DNA of 64,000 nt from Elusimicrobiota bacterium. GTDB lineage: Bacteria > Elusimicrobiota > Elusimicrobia > UBA1565 > UBA9628. Shown here in pieces: positions 24,955 to 33,215 of the stretch. Position 1 is the stretch's first letter. Each line of letters starts with the position of its first letter. A program made the translations under genes and the position numbers. The DNA lies in the NCBI GenBank assembly GCA_030696455.1, contig JAUYSH010000026.1, forward strand, positions 8,764 through 72,763, given 5' to 3'. Under the pieces are notes generated by a model. It was not told the DNA's origin, ran no database searches, and saw only the letters and a list, made by a program, of their open reading frames with translations.

Positions 24955-26502
24955 ATGGCCCGCGTCGTCCTCATCCGCCCGCCGTCGGTCTTCTCCGCCG
25001 CCAGCGCCAGCGCGCCCGTGACGATGCCGCTTTCGCTGGCCTACCTGTCCGCCAGCCTCCTCAAGGCCGGCCACGAGGCGCTCTGCATCGACGCGCTGGG
25101 CGAGGGCATCGACCGGATCGCGGTGTCCTACGGGCCGAAGGTCCGCTATCGCGGCCTCTCGGACGCGGAGATCGTCGAACGGATCGGCCCGCAGCCCGAC
25201 GCGATCGGCGTCACGACGATGTTCTCCCAGGACTGGCCCCACGTCGAGGGCCTCATCCGAGCCGCGCGCGCGCGCTTCCCCAAGACGGCGATCATCGTCG
25301 GCGGAGAGCACGCGACGGCGTGCGTCGATTACCTGCTGCGGGAGTGCCCGGAGGTCGACTTCGTCGCCTCGGGCGAAGGCGAGGAGACCATCGTCGAATT
25401 CGCCGAATTCCTCGACGGCCGCCGCCGCAAGGAGGACATCGCGGGCCTGCACTTCCGGGGCGCCGGCGGAGAGCCCGTCCACAACCCCGCGCGGGCCCGC
25501 ATGCGCGAGATCGGGCGCATCCCCTGGCCCGCCTGGCAGCTGTTCGATCTGGAGCCGTATTTCCGCGTGGGAGAAGGCCACGGCGTGGAGCGGGGCCGCT
25601 CGATGCCCATCGTCGCGACGCGCGGCTGCCCCTACCAGTGCACGTTCTGCTCGAACCCCCTGATGTGGACGACGCGCTACGTCATGCGCGACCCCGCCGA
25701 GGTGCTCGATGAGATCGAGCATTACCTCAAGGACTATCGCGCCGACAACATCGACTTCTACGACCTGACGGCGGTCGTCAAGAAGGACTGGGTGCTCGCT
25801 TTCTGCCGGGAGATCGCCCGGCGCGGGCTCGTGTTCAGCTGGCAGCTTCCGAGCGGCACGCGCTCGGAGGCGATCGACGCGGAGGTCCTCTCCGCGATGG
25901 CCGCCTCCGGCTGCCGCAACATGACCTACGCCCCCGAGAGCGGCTCTGAGGCGGTGCTCGAGGCCATCAAGAAGAAGGTCAAGCTTCCGCGCCTTTACGA
26001 ATCGATCCGCTGCGCCAAGCGCGAGAAGATCTTCGTTAAGTGCAACCTGATCATCGGCTTTCCCCGGGAGACCCGCTGGGACATGCTGCGCACCGTGTGG
26101 TCCGCCGTGCGCTTCGCGTTCCTGGGCGTCGACGACTGCGGCCTCTACACCTACTCCCCCTACCCGGGCTCGGAGCTGTACGACTATCTCCTCAAGACCG
26201 GGGCGATCCCCAAGGTCGACCGCCGCTACTTCGAGAGCCTGATGACCTTCATGGACATCAGCCAGCCCACGAACTACTGCGAGAACGTGGGGGCCCGGGA
26301 GATCGCGTTCTATCGTCTGCTCGGGCTCTCCTTGTTCTACGGCCTGAGCTACCTGCTTCATCCCTCCGCCGTCCTTCGCACCTGGAGGAACTGGCTGGCC
26401 GGCCGCTCCGACACCGTGATCGAGCAGCGGGTGTTCGCCCTCCTGCGGCGTCCGGCCCTGAGCCGGGAGCGCAAACACCCGGTCGGCGCCCCGACGAATT
26501 GA
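24955..26502 (+). CDS. B12-binding-domain radical SAM protein (class B radical SAM)
   Basis: N-terminal cobalamin-binding-like Rossmann segment (VLIRPP...IGVTTMF...IIVGGEHAT...DFVASGEGEE). Then RGCPYQCTFC (C-x3-C-x2-C) and YAPESGSEAVL. Confidence 0.85.
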   Translation: MARVVLIRPPSVFSAASASAPVTMPLSLAYLSASLLKAGHEALCIDALGEGIDRIAVSYGPKVRYRGLSDAEIVERIGPQPDAIGVTTMFSQDWPHVEGLIRAARARFPKTAIIVGGEHATACVDYLLRECPEVDFVASGEGEETIVEFAEFLDGRRRKEDIAGLHFRGAGGEPVHNPARARMREIGRIPWPAWQLFDLEPYFRVGEGHGVERGRSMPIVATRGCPYQCTFCSNPLMWTTRYVMRDPAEVLDEIEHYLKDYRADNIDFYDLTAVVKKDWVLAFCREIARRGLVFSWQLPSGTRSEAIDAEVLSAMAASGCRNMTYAPESGSEAVLEAIKKKVKLPRLYESIRCAKREKIFVKCNLIIGFPRETRWDMLRTVWSAVRFAFLGVDDCGLYTYSPYPGSELYDYLLKTGAIPKVDRRYFESLMTFMDISQPTNYCENVGAREIAFYRLLGLSLFYGLSYLLHPSAVLRTWRNWLAGRSDTVIEQRVFALLRRPALSRERKHPVGAPTN

Positions 26503-26508
26503 TAGAAT
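26500..26508 (+). promoter_or_regulatory. Extended -10 box TGATAGAAT, 7 nt upstream of ATG 26516
   Basis: Overlaps the TGA stop of the radical SAM gene. The first ATG (26507) lies inside the box; the second ATG (26516) is at leaderless distance. Confidence 0.4.
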
Positions 26509-26515
26509 GTCCCCC

Positions 26516-27508
26516 ATGAATTGGAAGGGAACGCGCGTCGCCGTCACCGGCGCCGGGGGCTTCATCGGCAGCCATCTCACCGAGGAGCTGGCGCGCCAAG
26601 GCGCCAAGGTGCGCGCCATGGTCCGCTACAACGGCGCCGGCAGCCGCGGCTTCCTGGAAGAGGCCCCGGCGGCGCTCCGCCGGCGCATCGAGGTCCGCGC
26701 GGGAGACGTCCGCGACCCCCATTTCGTCGAGGATTTCTGCGCCGGCCAGGAGGTCGTCTTCCACCTCGCCGCGCTGATCGCGATCCCCTACTCGTACGAG
26801 GCCCCCTCGAGCTACGCGCAGACCAACGTCCAGGGCACCTTGAACGTCCTTCAGGCCTGCCGGCGGGGCCGGGTCGGACGCCTCGTCCACACCTCGACTT
26901 CCGAGGTGTACGGCACCGCTCTTTATACGCCGATCGACGAGAAGCATCCGCTCCAGCCGCAGTCGCCGTACTCGGCCTCGAAGATCGGAGCCGACGCGCT
27001 GGCCGAGAGCTTCTACCGGTCGTTCGGCCTGCCGGTGACGATCGCCCGCCCGTTCAACACCTTCGGCCCGCGCCAGTCCGCCCGCGCGGTGATCCCGACG
27101 ATCGCCGCCCAGCTCCTGTCGGGCGCCGCGGAGCTGAGGATCGGCGCGCTCGAGCCCGTGCGCGACTTCAACCATGTCGCCGACACCGTCGACGGCTTCC
27201 TGGCCCTCGCCGCCTCCAAACGCTGCCTCGGCGAGACCGTCAACCTGGGCTCCGGCCGCGGCGTGACGATCGGCCGGACCGCGGACATGCTCATGCGCCT
27301 GGCCGGACGCCGCGCGAAGATCCGCGTCGAGAAGGCCCGTCTTCGCCCCGAGCGCAGCGAGGTCTACAAGCTGATCTGCGGCAACGCGAAGGCCAAGCGC
27401 CTCGCCGGGTGGCGCCCGCGCCGCACCCTCGAGCAGGGCCTGAGCGACGTCCTCGCCTATGTCGCCGCCCACGCCGAGCGCTACAAGCCGGGGCTCTACA
27501 ACGTCTAG
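26516..27508 (+). CDS. legB: NAD-dependent sugar-nucleotide 4,6-dehydratase (LegB-like, extended SDR)
   Basis: MNWKGTRVAVTGAGGFIGSHL, HTSTSEVYG, YSASKIGAD (Y-x-x-x-K), RPFNTFGPRQ. Heads a NeuA/B/C/D + aminotransferase + nucleotidyltransferase cassette. An alternative ATG is at 26507. Confidence 0.75.
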   Translation: MNWKGTRVAVTGAGGFIGSHLTEELARQGAKVRAMVRYNGAGSRGFLEEAPAALRRRIEVRAGDVRDPHFVEDFCAGQEVVFHLAALIAIPYSYEAPSSYAQTNVQGTLNVLQACRRGRVGRLVHTSTSEVYGTALYTPIDEKHPLQPQSPYSASKIGADALAESFYRSFGLPVTIARPFNTFGPRQSARAVIPTIAAQLLSGAAELRIGALEPVRDFNHVADTVDGFLALAASKRCLGETVNLGSGRGVTIGRTADMLMRLAGRRAKIRVEKARLRPERSEVYKLICGNAKAKRLAGWRPRRTLEQGLSDVLAYVAAHAERYKPGLYNV

Positions 27509-27509
27509 C

Positions 27510-28187
27510 ATGACCGTGTTCGCAGTCATCACCGCCCGCGCCGGCTCGAAGCGTCTGCCGGGCAAGAACCTGCGCCCTCTCGGGGGCGTGCCGATGATCG
27601 GCTGGACGATCGCCGCCGCCAAGCGCGCCAAGACTCTCGCCGCCTGCTGGGTCAGCACCGACGACCCGGCGATCGCCGGGGCCGCGCGCGCCCTCGGAGG
27701 GGAGGCGCCGTTCCTGAGGCCCGCCGCCCTGTCCGGCGACAGCGCGTCCAGCGCCGACGCCGCCCGCCACGCGCTGGCCGAGTTCGAGAAGGGCGGCCGG
27801 AAGGCGGACGTCGTCGTCCTGCTGCAGCCCACGACCCCCCTGCGCGGCGCCGGGGCGATCGACGCGGCGGTGGGCCTGGTCGAGGCCGGCGCCGATTCGG
27901 CGCAGACGGTGACCCTCGACGAGGCGCACCCCCACCACAAGTTCCGGCTGCGCGAGGGACGCCTCATCCCGGTGAATCCCGACGCCGGCGGCGACGCCGA
28001 GGCGGTGTACCGCCCGAACGGCGGCGTCTACGCGGTGCGCGCGGATCTGCTGCGCGAGAAGGGTCTGCTCCGCGGCGCGGACCACCGCGGCGTCATCATG
28101 GACTTCGAGTCCTCGGTCGACATCGACACGCTGTGGGACTTCCGCCTCGCCGAGGCGATCATCGCCGAGACCGGGAGACGCCCGTGA
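27510..28187 (+). CDS. legF: Acylneuraminate (nonulosonate) cytidylyltransferase, NeuA/LegF family
   Basis: MTVFAVITARAGSKRLPGKNLRPLGGVPMIGWTI, VLLQPTTPLR. 225 aa. Confidence 0.82.
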   Translation: MTVFAVITARAGSKRLPGKNLRPLGGVPMIGWTIAAAKRAKTLAACWVSTDDPAIAGAARALGGEAPFLRPAALSGDSASSADAARHALAEFEKGGRKADVVVLLQPTTPLRGAGAIDAAVGLVEAGADSAQTVTLDEAHPHHKFRLREGRLIPVNPDAGGDAEAVYRPNGGVYAVRADLLREKGLLRGADHRGVIMDFESSVDIDTLWDFRLAEAIIAETGRRP

Positions 28188-29326
28188 AGAAGAACATCCC
28201 CTATGGGCGCCAGGTCATCGACGCCGCCGACCGCGCCGCCGTCGACAAGGTCCTGCGCTCCGACTGGCTGACGCAGGGGCCGAGCGTCGCGGCCTTCGAG
28301 GCCGCCGTCGCCCGGGCCTGCGGCGCCCGCCACGCCGTCGCCTGCTCCAACGGGACCACCGCCTTGCACCTGGCCTGCCTCGCCGCGGGGCTCGGGCCGG
28401 GCGACGAGGCCGTCGTCCCCCCGATCACCTTCGCCGCGACGGCCAACGCGGTGGCCTACTGCGGCGCCCGGCCCGTCTTCGCCGACGTCAAGGCCGACAC
28501 CCTGACGCTCGACCCGGCGGCGTTCAAGGCCGCGCTGACGCGAAAGACCAAGGCCGTGCTGCCCGTGCACTTCGCGGGCCTTCCCGCCGACATGGCCGAG
28601 ATCGGGGCTTTCGCGCGCGAGAAAGGCCTCATCGTGATCGAGGACGCGGCCCATGCGCTCGGCGCGAGCTATGGGAGGAAGAAGATCGGCGCCTGCGAGC
28701 ACTCGGACATGGCCATCTTGAGCTTCCACCCGGTCAAGCACATCGCCACCGGCGAGGGCGGCATGGTCCTGACCAACAGCGACGAACTGGCCGGCCGTCT
28801 TCGGCTGTTCCGCAGCCACGGCATCACCCGCGATCCCGCTTTGCTCGAGAAGAAAGACGAGGGCGGCTGGTATTACGAGATGCGGGAGCTCGGCTTCAAC
28901 TACCGGATTCCCGACATCCTGTGCGCGCTCGGGCTCTCGCAGCTCAAGAAGCTGCCGCGCTTCCTCGCGCGGCGACGCGCGCTCGCGAAGGCGTACCGCA
29001 AGGCGTTCGCCTCCCTCGACGGCGTGACGCTTCAGCATCTCCCGCCGGGACGCGAGCACGCCTGGCACCTGTTCACGATCCAGGTCCCGGCCGCGAGGCG
29101 CCGGGCCCTGTACGATTTCCTGCACGCGCGCGGCATACTGGCGAACGTGCACTACATCCCCGTTCATACGCTGCCGTACTACCAGCGCGCGGGCTGGAAG
29201 GGCGCGCGTTTCCCCCGAGCCGAGGCGTACTACGCCGGCGCGCTGTCGCTTCCCATGCATGCGGGGCTGACCGACGAGGACCAACGCCGCGTGATCGCGG
29301 CCGTGCGCGAGGGGCTCTCCGCGTGA
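28184..29326 (+). CDS. pseC: UDP-4-amino-4,6-dideoxy-N-acetyl-beta-L-altrosamine transaminase (PseC-like DegT-family aminotransferase)
   Basis: IPYGRQVID start, LTQGP, PPITFAATANAV, LSFHPVKHIATGEGGMV (PLP Lys), LFRSHGITRD, GFNYRIPDILCALGLSQLKKL, HLFTIQV, NVHYIPVH, LSLPMH. These match Campylobacter/Helicobacter PseC blocks as I recall them. GTGA overlap at 28184. Confidence 0.78.
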   Translation: MKKNIPYGRQVIDAADRAAVDKVLRSDWLTQGPSVAAFEAAVARACGARHAVACSNGTTALHLACLAAGLGPGDEAVVPPITFAATANAVAYCGARPVFADVKADTLTLDPAAFKAALTRKTKAVLPVHFAGLPADMAEIGAFAREKGLIVIEDAAHALGASYGRKKIGACEHSDMAILSFHPVKHIATGEGGMVLTNSDELAGRLRLFRSHGITRDPALLEKKDEGGWYYEMRELGFNYRIPDILCALGLSQLKKLPRFLARRRALAKAYRKAFASLDGVTLQHLPPGREHAWHLFTIQVPAARRRALYDFLHARGILANVHYIPVHTLPYYQRAGWKGARFPRAEAYYAGALSLPMHAGLTDEDQRRVIAAVREGLSA

Positions 29327-30345
29327 AGATCACCCGCCGGCCTTTCGTCATCGCCGAGGCGGGCGTCAATCACAACGGCAGCGACGCGCTCGCCGTGCGC
29401 CTCGTCGACGCCGCGGCCGACGCGGGCGCGGATGCGGTCAAGTTCCAGACGTTCCGCGCGGAAGCGCTCGCCGCGGCCGGCGCGCCGAAGGCCGCGTATC
29501 AGAAGACGCGCGGCGCCTCGCGCCGCGAATCGCAGCTCGACATGCTCAAGCGCCTCGAGCTGTCGGAAAAAGGCCACCGCCTGGCGCTCGCGCGGGCGAA
29601 GGCCCGCGGCATCCGGTTCCTGTCGACCCCTTTCGACGAGGACAGCGCGGACTTCCTGACGCGCCTGGGCGTGCCGCTGTTCAAGCTCCCCTCGGGGGAG
29701 GTCACCAACCACCCGCTTCTGCGCCACGTCGCGCGCAAGAATCGCCCCGTGATCCTGTCGACCGGCATGTGCACGCTCGCCGAGGTACGGGACGCCGTCG
29801 CCGTGCTTCGCCGCGCCGGCTGCCGCGACCTGACCTTGCTTCATTGCGTGTCGAACTACCCCGCGGACCCGAAGGACGCGAACCTGCGCGCGATGAAGAC
29901 GATGGCGGACGCCTTCCGCCTGAGCGTCGGCTGGTCCGACCACACGACCGGGACGGCGGTCTCCGTCGCCGCGGTCGCGCTCGGCGCGGCGGTCATCGAG
30001 AAGCATTTCACCCTCGATAAATCTCTTCCCGGCCCCGACCACGCGATGTCGCTCGAGCCCAAGGAGCTCAAGGTCTTCGTCGCGGCCCTGCGCGAAGCCG
30101 CCGTCGCGCTCGGAGACGGGGTCAAACGCCCCCGCCCGTGCGAGGAGCCCATCCGCCGCGTCGCGCGGCGCAGCCTCGTCCTGCGCGCTCCCTTGCCCAA
30201 GGGCGCGCGGCTGACCGCCGCGGACCTGACGTCCAAGCGCCCGGGGACCGGGCTGCCGCCCTCGCGCCTGGCCGCCGTCGTCGGCCGGCGGCTGCGCCGG
30301 GCGACCCCCGCCGACAGGCCTCTGCGGCCGGGAGACCTCTCATGA
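29323..30345 (+). CDS. legI: N-acetylneuraminate-synthase family enzyme (legionaminic acid synthase type)
   Basis: FVIAEAGVNHNG, GADAVKFQTFRAEAL, STPFDEDSADFL, LFKLPSGEVTNHPLL, ILSTGMCTLAEV, SDHT, C-terminal SAF domain. GTGA overlap at 29323. Confidence 0.85.
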   Translation: MKITRRPFVIAEAGVNHNGSDALAVRLVDAAADAGADAVKFQTFRAEALAAAGAPKAAYQKTRGASRRESQLDMLKRLELSEKGHRLALARAKARGIRFLSTPFDEDSADFLTRLGVPLFKLPSGEVTNHPLLRHVARKNRPVILSTGMCTLAEVRDAVAVLRRAGCRDLTLLHCVSNYPADPKDANLRAMKTMADAFRLSVGWSDHTTGTAVSVAAVALGAAVIEKHFTLDKSLPGPDHAMSLEPKELKVFVAALREAAVALGDGVKRPRPCEEPIRRVARRSLVLRAPLPKGARLTAADLTSKRPGTGLPPSRLAAVVGRRLRRATPADRPLRPGDLS

Positions 30346-31499
30346 AGGCCAAGCGCGTCCTGCTCGTCACCGGCACCCGCGCCGAGTACGGCCTCCTGGC
30401 GCCGCTGATGGCGCGCCTGCGCCGCGACCGGGCGTTCCGCCCCGCGTTCCTCGTCACCGGCGCGCACCTCGACCGCCGCCAGGGGCTGACCGTCAAGGAG
30501 ATCGAGGCCGACGGCCACCCGATCGCCGCGCGCGTGCCCCTGCGCCAGCGCGGCGACGACGCGGCGGGCGTGACCGGCGCCATGGCCGAAGGCGTGCGCG
30601 GATTCTCGCGCGCGTACGCGCGCCTGAAGCCCGCCCTGATCGTCGTGCTCGGCGACCGCTTCGAGATCCTCGCCGCCGCCGCCGCGGCTCTGCCGCACCG
30701 CATCCCGGTCGCGCACCTGCACGGCGGGGAATCGAGCGAGGGCGCCTGGGACGAGTCGATCCGCCACGCCGTCACCAAGCTGTCCCATGTCCACTTCCCC
30801 TCCCACGCGGAGTACGCCCGCCGCCTGCGCCTGATGGGCGAGGACCCGCGCCGCGTCTTCGTCGTCGGCGCGACCGCCGAGGACCGCGTGCGGTCCCTCC
30901 CCCGCCTGGGTCGCGGCGAGCTGTCCCGCTCGCTGCGGCTCGCGCTCGGACGCCCCCTCATCGCGGCGACCTATCACCCCGCGACCTTGTCCGCCGACCG
31001 CGGCCTGTCCGAATGCCGCGCGATGATCGCCGCCCTGGCCCGCCGCGGCGGGACCGTCGTCTTCACCGCGCCGAACGCCGACGCGGGCGGCGCCGCGGTG
31101 CGCAAGGAGATCGAGGCGTTCGTCCGCCGCCATCCGGTGACCTCGAAGCTGTTCGACTCTCTCGGGCAGACGCGCTACTACTCTTTGCTCGCCCAGGCCG
31201 ACGTGATGATCGGGAACTCCTCGAGCGGGCCGCTCGAGGCCCCGTACTTCGCCCTGCCCGTCGTCAACCTCGGCGCGCGCCAGCTCGGGCGCCGCCGCGA
31301 CCCCGGCCTGATCGACGTTCCGCGCCCGGACGCCGCCTCCGTCTCCCGGGCGCTCGCGAAGGCGCTGTCGCCGGCGTTCCGGCGCGGCCTCAAGGCCCGC
31401 GCGGCCGCGGGCAGCCCTTCCGCCCGCATCGTCGCGGCGCTCAAAAAGCTAGAATGGGGCGACGCTCTCCTCATCAAGCGGTTCCATGAAACCCAGTAA
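30342..31499 (+). CDS. legG: Hydrolysing NDP-sugar 2-epimerase (NeuC/LegG family)
   Basis: VLLVTGTRAEYGLLAPLM, VVLGDRFEILAAA, IPVAHLHGGESSEGAWDESIRHAVTKLSHVHF, IGNSSSG. ATGA overlap at 30342. Confidence 0.85.
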   Translation: MKAKRVLLVTGTRAEYGLLAPLMARLRRDRAFRPAFLVTGAHLDRRQGLTVKEIEADGHPIAARVPLRQRGDDAAGVTGAMAEGVRGFSRAYARLKPALIVVLGDRFEILAAAAAALPHRIPVAHLHGGESSEGAWDESIRHAVTKLSHVHFPSHAEYARRLRLMGEDPRRVFVVGATAEDRVRSLPRLGRGELSRSLRLALGRPLIAATYHPATLSADRGLSECRAMIAALARRGGTVVFTAPNADAGGAAVRKEIEAFVRRHPVTSKLFDSLGQTRYYSLLAQADVMIGNSSSGPLEAPYFALPVVNLGARQLGRRRDPGLIDVPRPDAASVSRALAKALSPAFRRGLKARAAAGSPSARIVAALKKLEWGDALLIKRFHETQ

Positions 31500-32148
31500 G
31501 AAAAAGGCTAATTTCGTCCTGGTCGGCGCCGGCGGGCACGCGAAGGTCCTGGCCGACCTCGTGGCCGCCGAAGGGCGCCTCATCCTCCTCGGCGCCGTCG
31601 ATCCGAATCCGAACGGCCGCGGGGCGCGAGCCTCGGGCCTGAGGATACTCGGGAACGACGACGCTCTCACGGGCCTTCTCGCGCGTGGTGTGACACAGGC
31701 CGCGGTCGCCGTCGGCTCGGTGGGCGACACCACCGCGCGCGCCCGCCTGCGCCGCCGCCTGCTCGCCCTCGGCTTCGAGACGCCCGCCCTCGTGCATCCG
31801 ACCGCGATCATCTCGCCCTCGGCGACCATCGCCCCCGGCGCTCAGGTCATGGCCGGCGTCATCATCAACCCCGGCGCGTCCGTCGGGGAGGGCGCCGTCG
31901 TCAACACGGGGGCCATCATCGAGCACGACTGCGCCCTCGGCGAGGACTGCTTCGTCGGGCCCGGCGCGGTGCTCGGCGGCGACGTCGTCGTCGGCGCGGG
32001 CGCGTTCATCGGCCTCGGCGCGAGCGTCCGCCAGGGCGTCGAGATCGGCGCGCGCGCCCGCGTCGGCGCCGGCGCCGCGGTCGTCAAGGACGTCCGCGCG
32101 GGCGCGACCGTCGTCGGGGTCCCGGCGAGGGAGGCGCGCCGCCCGTGA
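31486..32148 (+). CDS. legH: NeuD/PglD-type hexapeptide-repeat N-acetyltransferase (LegH-like)
   Basis: N-terminal Rossmann-like FVLVGAGGHAKVLADL followed by a left-handed beta-helix (HPTAIISPSATIAPGAQVMAGVIINPGASVGEGAVVNTGAIIEHD...). Confidence 0.82.
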   Translation: MKPSKKKANFVLVGAGGHAKVLADLVAAEGRLILLGAVDPNPNGRGARASGLRILGNDDALTGLLARGVTQAAVAVGSVGDTTARARLRRRLLALGFETPALVHPTAIISPSATIAPGAQVMAGVIINPGASVGEGAVVNTGAIIEHDCALGEDCFVGPGAVLGGDVVVGAGAFIGLGASVRQGVEIGARARVGAGAAVVKDVRAGATVVGVPAREARRP

Positions 32149-33215
32149 GCGTACGATACGACGTCGATTTCCGCCGCCTGATCCTGCCTCCGACCGCGAC
32201 CGTCAAGCGCGCCATCGAGGTCATGTCCGGCCCGCACGGCGCGGGGATCGTGCTCGTCGCCCGCGCCGACGCCCGGCTGCTCGGCGTCGTCGTCGACTCG
32301 GACATCCGCAAGTCGATCCTGCGGGGAGTCGGCCTCGCCGCACCCCTGTCCACGGTGATGAACCCCAAGCCCGTGACTTTGCCCGATGGCCTGTCCCGCG
32401 AGGAGATCGCCCACTTCTTCCGCAACGATCCGCGCGCGAGCATCCCGCTCGTCGACGCGAAGCGGCGGATCAAGGGCCTCGCCCAGCTCTCGCAGTACCT
32501 CGTCCCCGCGGGGGAGCGGCCCAACCGGGTCGTCATGCTCGTCGGCGGCGAGGGCCGCCGCCTGATGCCCCTGACCACGGACACCCCGAAGCCGCTGCTC
32601 AAGGTCGGCGACAAGCCGATCCTCGAGACCATCGTCGAGCAGTTCGCCGCCGCGGGCTTGCGCACCTTCACCTTCGCCGTCAACCACCGCGCCGAGATGA
32701 TCCGCCGCCACTTCGGGGACGGCTCCCGCCTCGGCGTCTCGATCGACTACGTCGAGGAGCGCAAGCGCCTGGGCACGGCCGGCCCGCTCTCGCTGCTGCC
32801 CAAGGGGATCGAGCATCCGATCCTGGTCATGAACGGAGACCTGCTCACCAAGGTCGATTTCGGATCCCTGCTCCGCTTTCACGAGGGCGAAGGCTGCCTC
32901 GCGACGGTCTGCGTGCGGGAGTACGACTTCCAGGTCCCGTTCGGCGTGGTGCAGATGAAGGGCCACCGCCTCGAGGCCATCGTCGAGAAGCCGACGCATC
33001 ACTTCTTCGTCAACGCGGGCATCTACGTCGTCGAGCCCAAGGCGCTGGGGCTGCTCAAGCGGGGCCAGGCCTGCGACATGCCCGACTTCCTCGAACGCGT
33101 CCGCCGCGGCCGGCCCGGCTCGGTCGGCTGCTTCCCGGTCCGCGAGTACTGGATCGACATCGGCCGCATCGACGAGTACAAGCGCGCGCAGGACGAGTTC
33201 TCCCAGTTCTTCTGA
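32145..33215 (+). CDS. ptmE: CBS-domain sugar-1-phosphate nucleotidyltransferase (PtmE-like)
   Basis: N-terminal CBS pair (IVLVARADARLLGVVVDSDIRKSIL; IPLVDAKRRIKGL). Then VVMLVGGEGRRLMPLTTDTPKPLLKVGDKPILE nucleotidyltransferase core. GTGA overlap at 32145. Confidence 0.8.
   Translation: MSVRYDVDFRRLILPPTATVKRAIEVMSGPHGAGIVLVARADARLLGVVVDSDIRKSILRGVGLAAPLSTVMNPKPVTLPDGLSREEIAHFFRNDPRASIPLVDAKRRIKGLAQLSQYLVPAGERPNRVVMLVGGEGRRLMPLTTDTPKPLLKVGDKPILETIVEQFAAAGLRTFTFAVNHRAEMIRRHFGDGSRLGVSIDYVEERKRLGTAGPLSLLPKGIEHPILVMNGDLLTKVDFGSLLRFHEGEGCLATVCVREYDFQVPFGVVQMKGHRLEAIVEKPTHHFFVNAGIYVVEPKALGLLKRGQACDMPDFLERVRRGRPGSVGCFPVREYWIDIGRIDEYKRAQDEFSQFF

Noticed and set aside
31450-31455. TAGAAT inside the end of the NeuC-like gene as a promoter for the NeuD-like gene
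   Set aside because: It is 30 nt from ATG 31486, outside both the 5-7 nt and the 13-nt spacing classes seen elsewhere. It lacks a TG extension and lies fully within coding sequence. It is too weak to list as a feature.
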